From Octopus vulgaris (Eukaryota): a DNA stretch of 64,000 nucleotides. Below, in pieces: positions 13,730 through 26,444 of the stretch (within the stretch, counting starts at the first letter, position 1; every line of letters starts with the position of its first letter). The stretch covers positions 47,430,001 through 47,494,000 of the forward strand of contig OX597820.1 of NCBI GenBank assembly GCA_951406725.2, written 5' to 3'. The notes beneath the pieces were generated by a model. The model did no database searches, had not been told where the DNA came from, and saw only the letters and a list, made by a program, of their open reading frames with translations. Made by a program: the position numbers and the translations under genes.

Positions 13730-14100
13730 ATTCTTTTACTTGTTTTAGTTCTTGGAGTACCCACGTTGGGGGTGCTTTCTTGCAAGGTTTAATCGATCAA
13801 ATTGACCCCAGTGCTTTTTTTAAAAAGTCAGGTACATATTTTGTCCGGCTCTTTTACGGATGATGTAAGCAAACTAACAGCACTTGTCAAGTGGTGTAGG
13901 TAGGAACATAAACACAAAGACTCGTACACACATACATAAGACGGCTTTCCACGCAGTTTCTGCCTACCATATTCACTCACAAGGCATTGATCGGCCCGGG
14001 TTCATAATAGAAGACACCTAAAATGCGGTGTAGTGGGACTGAACTCGAAACTACGCGGTTGCAAAGCGAATTCCTTAACCACATAGCCATGTCTGTACCT
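13730..14100 (-). mobile_element. SINE family C, diverged
   Basis: Homology to 13125-13545. Confidence 0.7.
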
Positions 14101-14884
14101 ATATAGATAATTTAAACCTAGAGAGAACCAGTTTCTTTCCGAGAAAAATAGGGAGACAGAAAGTGTGTGTGTATGAAAGAGAGTAAGAAAGGGTGCGTTT
14201 TGAGTTCATTTTCAACCTTGGGACTCATTGAGACAGGAAAGAGTTCCTTCAGAACCTAGCTAAGAGTGATAGGCCTTCATTGTTAGTAGTGCAAGGAGTA
14301 GATTGGACCAACATCTCGAGTAGGTCAGTAAAATGAACAGGCTCTTGTAAAAATAGGTGAAATGCTAGGATATAAAACAAAGAATGTATGAGACGTAATC
14401 AAAGATTTGTGAGGCCAAACATTGCTGAACGCTTTGAGGGTTTTAATTATGCACTGGTTTAGAAACCTCCTCACTGTAATTTATTTTCCATTTACGGACT
14501 TTCATAGATTAACTTTTGTCGATGTAGGCCACGAGGCAGCAATTTGAGTTGCTACTGTGTTTTATAGGATGTCCTCTTCTGACCTTCTGCGCTCTGAGTT
14601 CATATCTCACCGAGGTCGACTTTGCCTTTCATTCTTTCGGGGTCAATAGAAATGTGCCAATATAAGGAAGTGGATTGACGGTTCTTTCAGAAGGTTAGGC
14701 AAGATGTCTTGTGGTATTTGTTCCGTCTCCCTGCGTTCTGACACTGACGACGCCTACAACACTGGTACCATACTGCATCGATATAAGTCGGTGGCCTTAC
14801 CTGCACATAAACATCGGGGTCATGGAAAGAAGAGAGTAGTTTAGAAGTCATGGAAAGAAGAGAGAACTGACCTCCTTCTCACCG

Positions 14885-14983
14885 TTCTTCTTCTTCTTCT
14901 TCTTCTTCTTCTTCTTCTTCTTCTTCTTCTTCTTCTTCTTCTTCTTCTTCTTCTTCTTCTTCTTCTTCTTCTTCTTCTTCTTC
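14885..14983. repeat. (TTC)n microsatellite
   Basis: Direct reading. Confidence 0.95.
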
Positions 14984-15782
14984 TAAAATATATATCGCAC
15001 AGTTATTCATACATGTGCAGATGCATGGTCAACTTCCACCGACGGAAGCCCTAAAATGCAGTTTATTTGAAATCTTGATTTTTACCTTATAATAAAAGCA
15101 GGTGACTTCCAATATTGTTTTCTTACTATGTTTTTTCTTTACATTTATTTGCTTTGTCATTTTCCTCTTTATTTTCTTTCTTTTTCTTTCAGAGCCGTAA
15201 GCTAGTTCTTACGGTTTTTATATTGTTTAACCGGAAAAAAAGGGGGGGAAAAAAAGCTCTCATTTCCATATCCTGTCGAAATTGACTTAGATTTTCATCC
15301 CTTCGAGGTCGATAAAATAAATACCTAGGATTGATTTAATGGACTGAGGAGCTCTTTATGAAATTTTGTGTTAAGGTGAGAAAGTTAGAAATCATTATGG
15401 CAAACAGATGAACTGAACTATAAAAACGAAACAACTGTAGCAATAACAACAACATCAACATAACCTGAGAGGAAATAAGAAAATTTCTGCTTTGGATATA
15501 AGACATAAAAAATACAATAAATATTACTAAACGAATTACAGAAACAATAATTTCGAATTAAAAGAAGGAAAAACAATATAGGTTATTGAAAAGCTACCTT
15601 ATGAATTGACATTCAGAAGCACATTTAGTTTAATATAATACAATAAAATGTATCGTACGATACAATGCAATATCAACTGTTATAATATAATAAAAGAAAT
15701 ATACGTATAAATATGTATACATACATAATACAATATTAACTATAGAGTAATATATAGTACAATCTATATACAATATGATATT

Positions 15783-15970
15783 GACTTCAAATTTTGGCAC
15801 AAGGACAGCAATTTTGGGAAGAGAGTAAGTCGATTATGTCGACTCGACTGGTACTTATTTTATCGACCCCTAAACGATGAAAGGCAAAGTCGACCTCGAC
15901 GGAATTCGAACCACGACGGAATTTGAAATGTCGGCAAGCATTGTCGGTCAGTGTACTAACGATTCTGTCA
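15783..15970 (-). mobile_element. SINE family M
   Basis: Reverse-complement core gatgaaaggcaaagtcgacctc. Confidence 0.8.
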
Positions 15971-16159
15971 ATATAATACAAGCTAGATATATTACATTAG
16001 TAACTATAGTATTAATAAAATATAATACAGTCTACATGATGTGACTATAGTATAACAGATTACAATCTCTATGTAAAACAATAAATATAATATCAACTAT
16101 GATATAACTAATATATTTTCTAAACTTTTTTGTACTTTCTGCTTTTTTTTTCTGTGTTC

Positions 16160-16195
16160 CTTTCCGTGGAAGAGCGTAGGCTCGAAACGTTAAAG
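16160..16195 (+). ncRNA. Minimal type I hammerhead-like motif (variant core)
   Basis: CUUU-CCGUGGA-A-GAGC-GUAG-GCUC-GAAA-CG-UU-AAAG; stems I and II pair. Confidence 0.55.
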
Positions 16196-16549
16196 ACTTT
16201 TTTCACTTTCCGAGCGCTATAATAATACATCTGTTTGTTGTCTACACCACCTGTCTTCGTCTTTTGGTTTTTTTTTTTGTGAATTTTTCCCATATATTAC
16301 ACGCTCACGTGGTCGCACCAGTTAATCTTGTCTACTCTCATTACCGACGAACTTCTACGGATTCTCTACTGGACTTTCTACACTTCAGCTGCACCTCTCC
16401 TGCCTATGGATTACACTGGACTCCTCTGTTGATATAAAATCGCCGCTCCAATGGACCACGACGTCTGAAGCTTTTGAACCTTTTGAACTTCGTAACTTTT
16501 TATACTTTCTAAACTTTTTTTGTATTTTCTGCTTTTTCTTTCTGTGTTC

Positions 16550-16584
16550 CTTTCTGTGGAGATCGTAGGCTCGAAACGTTAAAG
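16550..16584 (+). ncRNA. Minimal type I hammerhead-like motif (variant core)
   Basis: CUUU-CUGUGGA-GAUC-GUAG-GCUC-GAAA-CG-UU-AAAG. Confidence 0.5.
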
Positions 16585-16881
16585 ACTTTTTCACTTCCCG
16601 AGCGTTATACTAATACATCTGTTTGTTGTCTACACCACCTGTCTCCGTCTTATGTTTTTTTTTTGTGAATTCTTCCCCTATAACTAATATATGATATCAG
16701 CAATGGTATAATACAATTCAACTATGATTTTCTATCATGTAACGTTACTAATGATAATTATTTTGTATATCAGTAAGATAATAAAAGAGCAATATAAAGC
16801 TTCACTGGTAACGATATGTACATTTTAATATCGACAAGCACAAGCACAATATCAGCTATAGCATGATATGATTTCAATAAT

Positions 16882-17257
16882 GAACAAGAGCACCCAAAGA
16901 GTGCAAACCTCCGCCAAGGCAACACCAATGTCCTCTCAACGATTAGCTAGAGATGATTTTTAAAATGAAAATATCTGAAATAAACCCGACTGCTCTCACA
17001 AACGAAAATACTAACAATGAACCCGACCGCTCTCAAAGATTAAGTAAAAGAAACCCCAAAATAATTCAAAATCCTTGTCCGGTACCGGATCGATCCCAAA
17101 ATCTAGTCAGTTCGTATCAGGTACAAAGGCAAACATCCCTGGAAGTTTCATCCGAATCCATCCAGTGGTTCTTGAGATATCTTGTGCACGGACAAACAAA
17201 CGAACGAACAAATACGACTGAAAATAGTACCTCTGCCTTCGCTAAGGTGGAGGTAAT
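16882..17257 (-). mobile_element. Helentron-associated (HINE/DINE-like) non-autonomous element
   Basis: Ends aacaagagcac...acctccgccaagg and acctctgccttcgctaaggtggaggtaat give subterminal inverted repeats plus a terminal hairpin; short acaa/acga repeat inside. Confidence 0.6.
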
Positions 17258-17361
17258 TATGATATTGTCCAATTTTAACTACGAAATAATACAATATCAA
17301 TTATAATATAGCAATTGTAATGTAATATTGTATAACATCAGCTGTAATATAATACAATATT

Positions 17362-17580
17362 AGTTTCAAATTTTGGCATAAGGCCAGCAAATTTTAGGGA
17401 GGTCGTCCTAACGATTCTCAGCTTGCCGTCTTGGGATTATATATAATATTGATTTCACATTTTTGGCACACAGTCAGCAATTTTGGCGGAGGGAATAAGT
17501 CGATTATATCGACCCCCAGTATTCAACTGGTACTTATTTTATCGACCCCGGAAAGATGAGAGGCAAAATTGTCCTCCGCA
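17362..17580 (-). mobile_element. Two partial SINE family M copies
   Basis: Repeated tttca(a/c)attttggca tails plus core. Confidence 0.65.
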
Positions 17581-17935
17581 ACATTGGATTATGTGTAACA
17601 TTAACTGTGATATAACCCTTTCTGCTATAAGCCAGATGGCTTTAAATCTTATGGGGAGGGTATTAGTCAATTATACCCGAGTTTTCCAATAGACTTCAGA
17701 CTTCACAATGATGCTTAAGTATTATAGGAGGAGGGAGGAAATTCTCATAGCTATAGTACTAGTCGATTGATTCATATGCTTTTAACCACCGTTTCATTCC
17801 AAAAACCTTCATGCTGCATATGTGCAGCCAGGTGCGAGCGGTACTCATAATTTTTGTTCGAAGTGAACTGCCCTTAGATTCGTCTTTATTCTTGCCCTTG
17901 AGTTGTTATACAGTGAAATGTCCAGAGATGCAAAA

Positions 17936-18150
17936 TGGCGGCGAGATGGCAGAATAGTTAGCACGCTGGACAAAATGCTTAGCGGCATTTCATCCATCTT
18001 CACGTTCTGAGTTCAAATTCCGCCGAGGTCGACATTGCTTTTCATCCTTCTGTGGTCGATAAAATAAATACCAGTTGAACACTGGAGTCAATGTAAACAA
18101 CTTGCCTGCTTTCTCGAAATTGCTGGCCTTGTGCCAAAATTTGAAACAAA
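17936..18150 (+). mobile_element. SINE family M
   Basis: Full head, core and tail; an inverted partial copy follows at 18180-18318. Confidence 0.85.
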
Positions 18151-19291
18151 TATGATGAAGTGTAATATCAGCTATAATTGTTTTCACTAGAGGTACAAGG
18201 CCAGCAGTTTTGAGGGGAAAGAGTTAGTCGATCTCTGTACTTATCTGGAACTTTGTATTATCGATCTTGGAAGGATGAAAGGCAAAGGTGACCTCGGTGG
18301 GATTTGAACTCCAGAACAACTATAATATAATGCAGTACAATATCATTATAATATCGTTCAACATCAACTACAATATAATAATATATATAATGAAATATAA
18401 TATAATAACAGCTACACACTAGTACAGTATGAAGTATAGTACAATACAACATCAATTATAAAACTGTACAATATCAGCTATATTCTTGTACAATATCAAC
18501 CATAAAATAAAATACAATGTCGATTATGATATAATACAAGCAACATAACGATAAAACGACTTACACAGTCACTGACACAAAAGTTTCAGTAATTTTAAGA
18601 AAAGAATAAATATAGAAATAAATGTAAGTAAAAAATAAACAAGGAACCAGACAAACAAAATCTATACAAAACAAGCTTTGTCTATTTTTACAAGTATTTT
18701 TAATTTACAAAAAAAAAAATCCGTCTGACAACTGACATAAAGAGCAAAGAAGTAATAAATGTTGTTGAAACTCGAGAAACAAAGATTTTCAATGAAGATT
18801 TGCGAAAAGACGAAATATATTAACATGTAAGCTCCAACAATACTGTAACAAAGAAATGAAAAGGAAAATAAAATAGGAAAAGAGCGAAAAATGAAATAAG
18901 CCTTTCCGCCCACCTAACATTTCCAGAGAGCAATATCAGGAAAATATATTAACACATATTTACTATGAAATGGTGACTGGAAAATACAAGCTGAGTGATA
19001 AACCTGAAACCTTGTTGCAAATATTGTGTGACATACGAATGCGTAACTAAACGTTATATAATTATAAAAGACGACAAACACGTACACACGAACACAACAC
19101 ACATATATATATATACAAATGCACAACAATAATAATAACAACAACAACAGTGACTGACATAAATACACAATGAGCTGTTGCTTAAAACAGAGGAAATGAC
19201 TTGAAACGGCATCTCAATCATAACGTCTCCTCTCAAGCTGCTATGCGACCATGGCCATTTAAAAGCATTCTAAACAAACACTTCTAAATAT

Positions 19292-20107
19292 CTTTTACTT
19301 GTTTCAGTCATTAGACTGCAGCCATGCTGTGGAATCACCTTCAAGAATTCTTTGTCGAACGAATCGACACCGACATTCAGCCTGGTACTTATTCTACCGG
19401 TGTCTTTTGACGAACCACTAAGTTACGGGGACGTAAACACTAACACCGGTTGTTACAAACACGCGCACACGCACACGCGCACGCACACGCACACGCGCAC
19501 GCACACGCACACGCGCACGCACACGCCCACGCGCACGCACACGCACACGCGCACGCACACGCACACGCGCACGCACACGCACACGCGCACGCACACGCAC
19601 ACGCGCACGCACACGCACACGCGCACGCACACGCACACGCGCACGCACACGCACACGCACACGCACACGCACACGCACACGCACACGCACACGCACACGC
19701 ACACGCACACGCACACGCACACGCACACGCACACGCACACGCACACGCACACGCGCACGCACACGCACACGCACACGCACACGCACACGCACACGCACAC
19801 GCACACGCACACGCGCACGCACACGCACACGCACACGCACACGCACACGCGCACGCACACGCACACGCACACGCGCACGCACACGCGCACGCATACGCAC
19901 ACGCGCACGCACACGCACACACACGCACACACACACATACACACGATAGGCTTCTGTCAGCTCCCGTCTACCAAATCCACCCACAAAGCTTTGATCGGTC
20001 GGAGGCTTTTGCAGAAAACACATGTCCAAGGTGTCACGCAGTGGGACTGAACCCAGAAGCTTGTGATTGGGAAGCCATCTTCTTACTACACAGCCACCCT
20101 TGCACCT
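19292..20107 (-). mobile_element. SINE family C with expanded internal repeat
   Basis: Both SINE halves flank the (CACGCA)n array. Confidence 0.8.
19459..19922. repeat. (CACGCA)n hexamer array with CACGCG variants
   Basis: Direct reading; about 460 bp of alternating purine-pyrimidine. Confidence 0.95.
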
Positions 20108-20695
20108 GAATGGTAGTGTACGCGTAAATTTGTTGTTTTGATGACTGGTCGTTTTAAAATAGTAAAGGTTAAGCATGGCCATGTGGTTTAGAGGTTCGTT
20201 TCTTAATCCTGTAGTCCGACGCGGCAAATTAGGCAAGTGTCTTCTGGAATGACTTTCAAGCGATCAAAGTCTTGTGAATGAAACTGACTTTGCAGAAATT
20301 GTGCGGAGCTTGTCGGATGGATTGTATTTGTTCTTGGGAGGTAGACTTAGTTCTTTGATCGGTTTAATAGTACCAACAAGGTTTTGGATTGCCTTAAAGG
20401 AGTGCATTCTTTTGCAAGTATACAGGAACAGATTACCTGTTTGAGGATAGCTGTCTCCAAACTGGAAGACCATATGTAGGGTCATGAGCGTTACTCTTTC
20501 CCGTCTTGACTGAGACATAAAAAAGGTCCGAAGAGTCAGTCACAATTGATGACAGGCATTTAATACGAATTCGGGTTCCGGAGTGAACTCTACTTTAGAT
20601 ACCGAAGAGGCTGGTAGGAATGTTAAACTGGATGATAAGTTAAGTTATTACTATACATATATTTGTGTGTCCAGAAACGTACTCATTTTAAAATT

Positions 20696-21010
20696 TATTT
20701 ATGCGCCCTTTTCAAGCCTAGCCAGGCTCATGGGCCTGGTTTTCCCGGTTTCTATGGCGTATGTGTTCCCTCCAGCTGGACGGGACGCCAGTCCATCGCA
20801 GGGTTACTCAAGAAAGAGGAAAAAAGAGTAAGAGAAAGTTGGGGTGAAAGAGTACAACAGAGGTTGCCACCACATCCTGCCGGAGCCTCGTGGAGCTTTT
20901 TTAGGTGTTTTCGCTCAATAGACACACACGACGCCCGGTCTGGGAATCGAAACCGCGATCATCCGACTGCGAGTCCGCTGCCCTAACCACTGGACCATTG
21001 CGCCTCCACA
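20696..21010 (-). mobile_element. tRNA-Arg-like SINE (OR-type head) with ccctgcgatggactggc tail
   Basis: Head tggaggcgcaatggtccagtggttagggcagcggactcgc...ggtttcgattccc shared with 31719-32098; the 3' half differs. Confidence 0.85.
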
Positions 21011-22059
21011 AACGTACTCATAGCTACACACAAACTCATACATATATTTGAAAGGCTAGTTATGAATTAGAAGCTACTCTTACATAAAAGAACTTGAGAT
21101 GGAGTGAGTAATCGAAAACAGTATGTATTGTATTAGAGTAAAGTAATTCGTTATAAACGGCCATATGTTTCGCTCTAAGCAAGCTCAATCAACATACATA
21201 CATACATAAATACATTAATACATACATACATACATACATACATACATACATACATACATACATACATACATACATACATACATACATACATACATAAGAG
21301 ACCCTAAGTATTTTAGGTTCCTTGCCCGCTCTGCTATGGAAAGCTTGCATCATCTGCTCCTGTTTATATAGGACCCCGGCTGTTCCAGGACCCACCATTT
21401 AATTGCGTAGACTCGCTTGACCCGGATCCCTTTATAATTTCTATAGAAGAGGTCTTCAGTCCTTGTCCGCAATTTGAAAGATACCTACGGTAAGCGTGGG
21501 ATCCCCCGTTCGTTAGTTAGGGCCGTAAAAAAATTGCCAACTGGAACTGATCTAAGCACGATAACCCGTCCTACCTAATACTTGGAAATATATATTTTTG
21601 TTTACAAATTTAACTGGCTGTACCGCCTTTCTATCTCCATTTTGAAAAGAGGTTATATTAGAAATCGACGAACCGTCTATAAGGCGAAGCGCTTTATGAA
21701 AGTGAAACCTATGTCTCACAGCTATTTAAAATTTTCTTTGGACGTAAATATATGAAAAATATACAAAATAAACCCTCTAAAGCAGAACAAATATTCCGCA
21801 ACATAACAGACGAAACCCGGGAGCCTCAGCAAAATGATTCAACCTATTAAGAATAACATCCATCTCTTTTCCCTAATTTTATTCTATTATTTGAAGAATA
21901 GAAAAGAGACACAATTCTAACTACACCATACTTGAAAACACAAAGCATGATGGGATGGTCACGGATAAAAAGGTTTTAACGTTAGCAAGCATTCCACAAA
22001 CAAGTGTTCTGGTAAAATCAGCTTGAGATAGTGTTTGAAAATGCTGACCTCTTGAAATC

Positions 22060-24812
22060 CAGATCTACCTAATCGAAGTGGCTTCAACACTCGCTGCCAG
22101 CATCAATTCTGTTCGAATTGATTTCATATTCAGTGTAATGATACACTTTTATTGGCTAATGAACGGCGTGAAAATCCTTTTCGTTATAAATCAATAAATA
22201 AAGAGTTATTAGCAATTCAAGTTGGAAAAGTTTGGTAATTTTAGCCAATCGAAAGCAGCAGACACATTCATGCCTGTTTCCATAACAAGCGGACCATGAG
22301 AATTATTTTGTCTGCGAGAAAGCACACGTTGACAAATATATTGAAACCGCTTGTTTTACCTATCTGTTGACAATTGTACATATGAATTTATGCTGCGCAG
22401 GAGATATGAAAATTGTGATTTGTTCGAGAAACTGATTGAATGCATTTAAAACTTTCGTTTTCAATGAACTGGTCAACAAAATGTTTTATTTAAAAAAAAT
22501 ATTTAATTTGGAATGTGCTATTTTGTATTTAGATAAATCTTTTAAGTTCGTGCTATCGCATTAAATTCATATTGAATGCTTAAAACTACAAAAGACATGT
22601 AGTTTACTCTTCTTTTTGTTGTTTACCCGAAAGATGGTATCCACACTCAATAAGTGGACCTCTGTGAAGCGAAATAACGTTTTTTTTTTAATTTTTAGAT
22701 AATTCTTTGAAGTTCGTGCTATCGCATTAAATGCATATTGAATGCTTCAAACTACAAAACACGTGTTGTTTACAAATATTGACAACACGTGCTATTTTCA
22801 GGATGTTGACGACAAAATGTGCAGTCACGCACATAATGACAGCTTCCAAATCCTGTTTTCTGGCTGGGTGGAAATGATCGAACTTTAAGCCTCTATAACA
22901 TTTAAAAAATATGTTTTCTGGAAAAAGTGAAATAACTCCAGCAATTCAGCTTGGAAATATTAATATAGGGCGTTACGATTATCAGAAAATCAAAAAAAAA
23001 ATGTGTGTAATAGGTGTAAAACAACTTCCTATGAACGAATATGAAAAAAAAATTCGCGCACGCTAATGGGGGGTTGGGGGAGGCCTCGTAAAATTCACAT
23101 CGGGAAGTTCCGAAAGCGTCTGAGGGGCTGACCCGGGCACCAAAACAAAAAAAAAAAAACAGCGTAATAGGTGTAAAACAACTTGCTCTAAACGACTATC
23201 ATGAAAAAAATGCGCGCTCGCGAAAGGGGGGTGGGGGAGAGGCTTCGGAAATTTCACATCTTCAGTCCACGGCCTTTAAACTAAGAAAAAATAGTGTAAT
23301 TGGTGTAAAACTACTTGTTCTAAACGAGTATCAAGAACACACACTCACACATGAATCATAAACTCCGTATTTTTGTACATATTTCGCAAAAAAAATAAAT
23401 AAATAAAGAGAAGAAATTCTGGAAAAAGTGAAGAAATGTTGGATCTCATTCCTTGGTTAAAGCTATTTTAAACATTAAATTTATGCTTTTTCTTTGAAAT
23501 AGTTCAGATATATGCAATTCTTCTCACTTATTAAGATGCATTTATCAGAAAAAAAGAGACAGAAAAAATTATTATTTTGTGTCAATCCTTCCCTAATTAT
23601 CCTTTATTAATTAGTTTTGGCGTGTATTTTTTTCCCAAATTTATTTTTTCACCTTTACAACACTGTTTAGTAAAGCAATTAATTATCTTTATAATTTGCA
23701 TATTTGACTTATTAATCAAAATTCTCTAGATGTAATATATACTAAGTAATGCATCCTTCATTTATGTGTTCCGTTCTGTATTATGCATGCGTGACTGTTT
23801 GTATGTAAGTGTGTTTAACTGTGCACATGAATGTGAATATTAAAGAACATATTTATTTACTATGATTGTTATTTTCAGAACAAATAAATCTTTTGGCTGT
23901 TATGTTATTGATGTTATTATTATTGCTAGTTAAAGGGTGGTGACTTGGCTGAATATTTTGAGTCTTGTAGTATGTAGTTGTGTTAGTCAATATTCTGAGT
24001 TCAAATCCAACTCATTTCTTTATCATCATTATCGATGGACCACTCAAAGAGGTATGTATACATTATCATTTTCGTAACATAATTTCTGTAGTATTTCAAG
24101 ATGTTTCTGACACGTATTTTGATTCACATGGCGGAGATCCAACATTTCTTCACTTTTTCCAGAATTTCTTCTCTTTATTTTTTTTTTTTGCGAAATATGA
24201 TTTTATGATTCATGTGTGAGTGTGTGTTCTTGATACTCGTTTAGAACAAGTAGTTTTACACCAATTACACTATTTTTTCTTAGTTTAAAGGCCGTGGACT
24301 GAAGATGTGAAATTTCCGAAGCCTCTCCCCCACCCCCCTTTCGCGAGCGCGCATTTTTTTCATGATAGTCGTTTAGAGCAAGTTGTTTTACACCTATTAC
24401 GCTGTTTTTGTTTTTGTTTTTGTGCCCGGTTCAGACGCTTTCGGAAATTCCCGATATAAATTTTCCGAGGCCTCTCCCCCACCCTCTTTCGCGAGAGCGC
24501 ATTTTTTTGTCATATTCGTTTAGAGCAAGTTGTTTTACACATATTACACTATTTTTTTTTGTTTTGGTGCCCGGGTCAGCCCCTCAGACGCTTTCGGAAC
24601 TTCCCGATGTGAATTTTCCGAGGCCTCTCCCCCACCCCCCTTTCGCGTGCGCGAATTTTTTTTTTTCATATTCGTTCATAGGAAGTTGTTTTACACCTAT
24701 TACACACATTTTTCTTTTGATTTTCTGATAATCGTAACGCCCTATATTAACCAATATTCTATAAACTTGAATTTTTGAAATGCTTGCAGCCAATCCAACT
24801 AGATATTCGTGT
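22060..24812. mobile_element. Non-autonomous DNA element (homologue of 29831-30566) interrupted by a Foldback-like insertion
   Basis: 22100-22960 and 24750-24812 align by eye to the two parts of 29831-30566. Confidence 0.65.
22964..24746. mobile_element. Foldback-like element with long modular TIRs
   Basis: Arms ~22964-23447 and ~24134-24746 are near-identical reverse complements built of ~130-150-bp subrepeats; flanked by TTAA; non-coding AT-rich centre. Confidence 0.8.
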
Positions 24813-24883
24813 TTTCACTCATATGACTGGGTCGACTCGAGAACCCATTTTAACCACTTGGCTATATGCGTGTATATATATAT

Positions 24884-25100
24884 AGGGAGAGTTTACGAAA
24901 AAAGCAAAAACAAAAACAAAGGACGGAGACAGGTGGTGTACAAAACAAACAGATGTATTAGTATAACGCTCAGGAAGGAATAGAAAAAGTATTTTACGTT
25001 TCGAGCCTACGCTTTTCTACAGAAAGGGACACAGTAAAAACAAGGAGAGAAACAAGGAGAGAAAAAAATGTGTGTAGTGGCTAACGATCTACCGTGGCGA
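24884..25100 (-). mobile_element. PLE terminal fragment, same family as 16117-16678, with HHR-like motif at 24991-25026
   Basis: Minus strand CUUU-CUGUAGA-A-AAGC-GUAG-GCUC-GAAACGUA; (TA)n on both sides. Confidence 0.7.
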
Positions 25101-25113
25101 CTATATATATATA

Positions 25114-25326
25114 TAGGCGCTGGAGTGGCTGTGTGGTAAACAACTTGCTTACGAACCACATGGTTCCGGGTTCAGTCCCACAGCGTGCTACCTTGGGCAA
25201 GTGTCTTCTACTATAGCCTTCTACTATAGAATAAGTACTAGGCTTACAAAGAATAAGTCCTGGGCTCGATTTGCTCGACTAAAGGCCGCAGTCAAATAAC
25301 TGAAACAAGTAAAAGAGTAAAAAGAG
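25114..25326 (+). mobile_element. SINE family C, internally deleted
   Basis: Head joined to 3' part across a repeated cttctactatag. Confidence 0.8.
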
Positions 25327-25358
<32 letters not shown>

Positions 25359-25782
25359 TAGCAAATAGAGGTCTTTACTGATTTTGTTGATAGGTTTTCT
25401 GCTGTTCGATGAACTTAACTATTTTCGTATTCAATTAACGCGTGATGAGTATTTCGCGGACAGTTGCGCCCTTAATTCGATCTTTAGATAGTATCGGCAT
25501 AAATAGTGTGTGTGACGAGGTTGATCGCTGTAATTACGGATACATTCTATACAGCTGTTTTTTTTTTTACATGATTTTTGTGTAATATCTCGATCATGGT
25601 TTACGTCGACCCTGGCAAAGAACATTTTCCCGAGCTGTTAGGCGGTGTGATTGAATACGAGACCTCTTGATTGTGAAGAGCAAACTTCTTAACTACTCGG
25701 CCATGTTTACGTCCACATAAACACACGCACACACGCATGCACACACACACTCTATCTCTCTCATATACACCATGTATGTATG

Positions 25783-25834
25783 TATCTATCTATCTATCTA
25801 GCTATCTATCTTCCTGTCTGCCTGCCTCCACACG

Positions 25835-25925
<91 letters not shown>

Positions 25926-26043
25926 ATCTATCTATCTATCTGTCTGTCTATCTGTCTGTCTGTCTATCTGTCTATCTGTTTGTCTGTTTGTCTATCTGTC
26001 TGTCTATATACCTATCAACTATCTGTCTGTCTGCCTATCTGTC

Positions 26044-26126
<83 letters not shown>

Positions 26127-26140
26127 CCTATCTATCGATC
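25783..26140. repeat. (TCTA)n/(TCTG)n microsatellite
   Basis: Direct reading. Confidence 0.9.
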
Positions 26141-26404
26141 TATGTATCGCACACATATACAGGCACAAACGTACAAACACGCACACATAAGCACAAACAT
26201 CAATAATATGCAGACAGAATATAGAGAACTCTTTAAAAAATATCCAAAATAAACCCTACAAAAAACTACAGTTGTATATCGATTTTCTGTAAGAATATAT
26301 AGATTTCGATTTTGCTATAAACAATCCGGTATGGCGTGTAAAACCCCCTACCCCGCCGCCCCCTTCAAAACGATCTTAAAAAAAGCCCCTGAAGTAGCAA
26401 AAGA

Positions 26405-26444
<40 letters not shown>

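Larger units (their letters stand above)
16117..16678 (+). mobile_element. Non-coding PLE-derived or retrozyme-like element with ~180-bp direct repeats
   Basis: Direct repeats 16117-16292 and 16506-16678; 14-bp TSD tataactaatatat at 16103-16116 and 16679-16692; each repeat holds an HHR-like motif. Confidence 0.75.

Noticed and set aside
14740-14870. CTGACGA followed later by GAAA as a possible hammerhead
   Set aside because: No convincing stems I-III could be paired.
19352-20236. Overlapping long ORFs (HA, RV, CV repeats)
   Set aside because: Products of the hexamer array.
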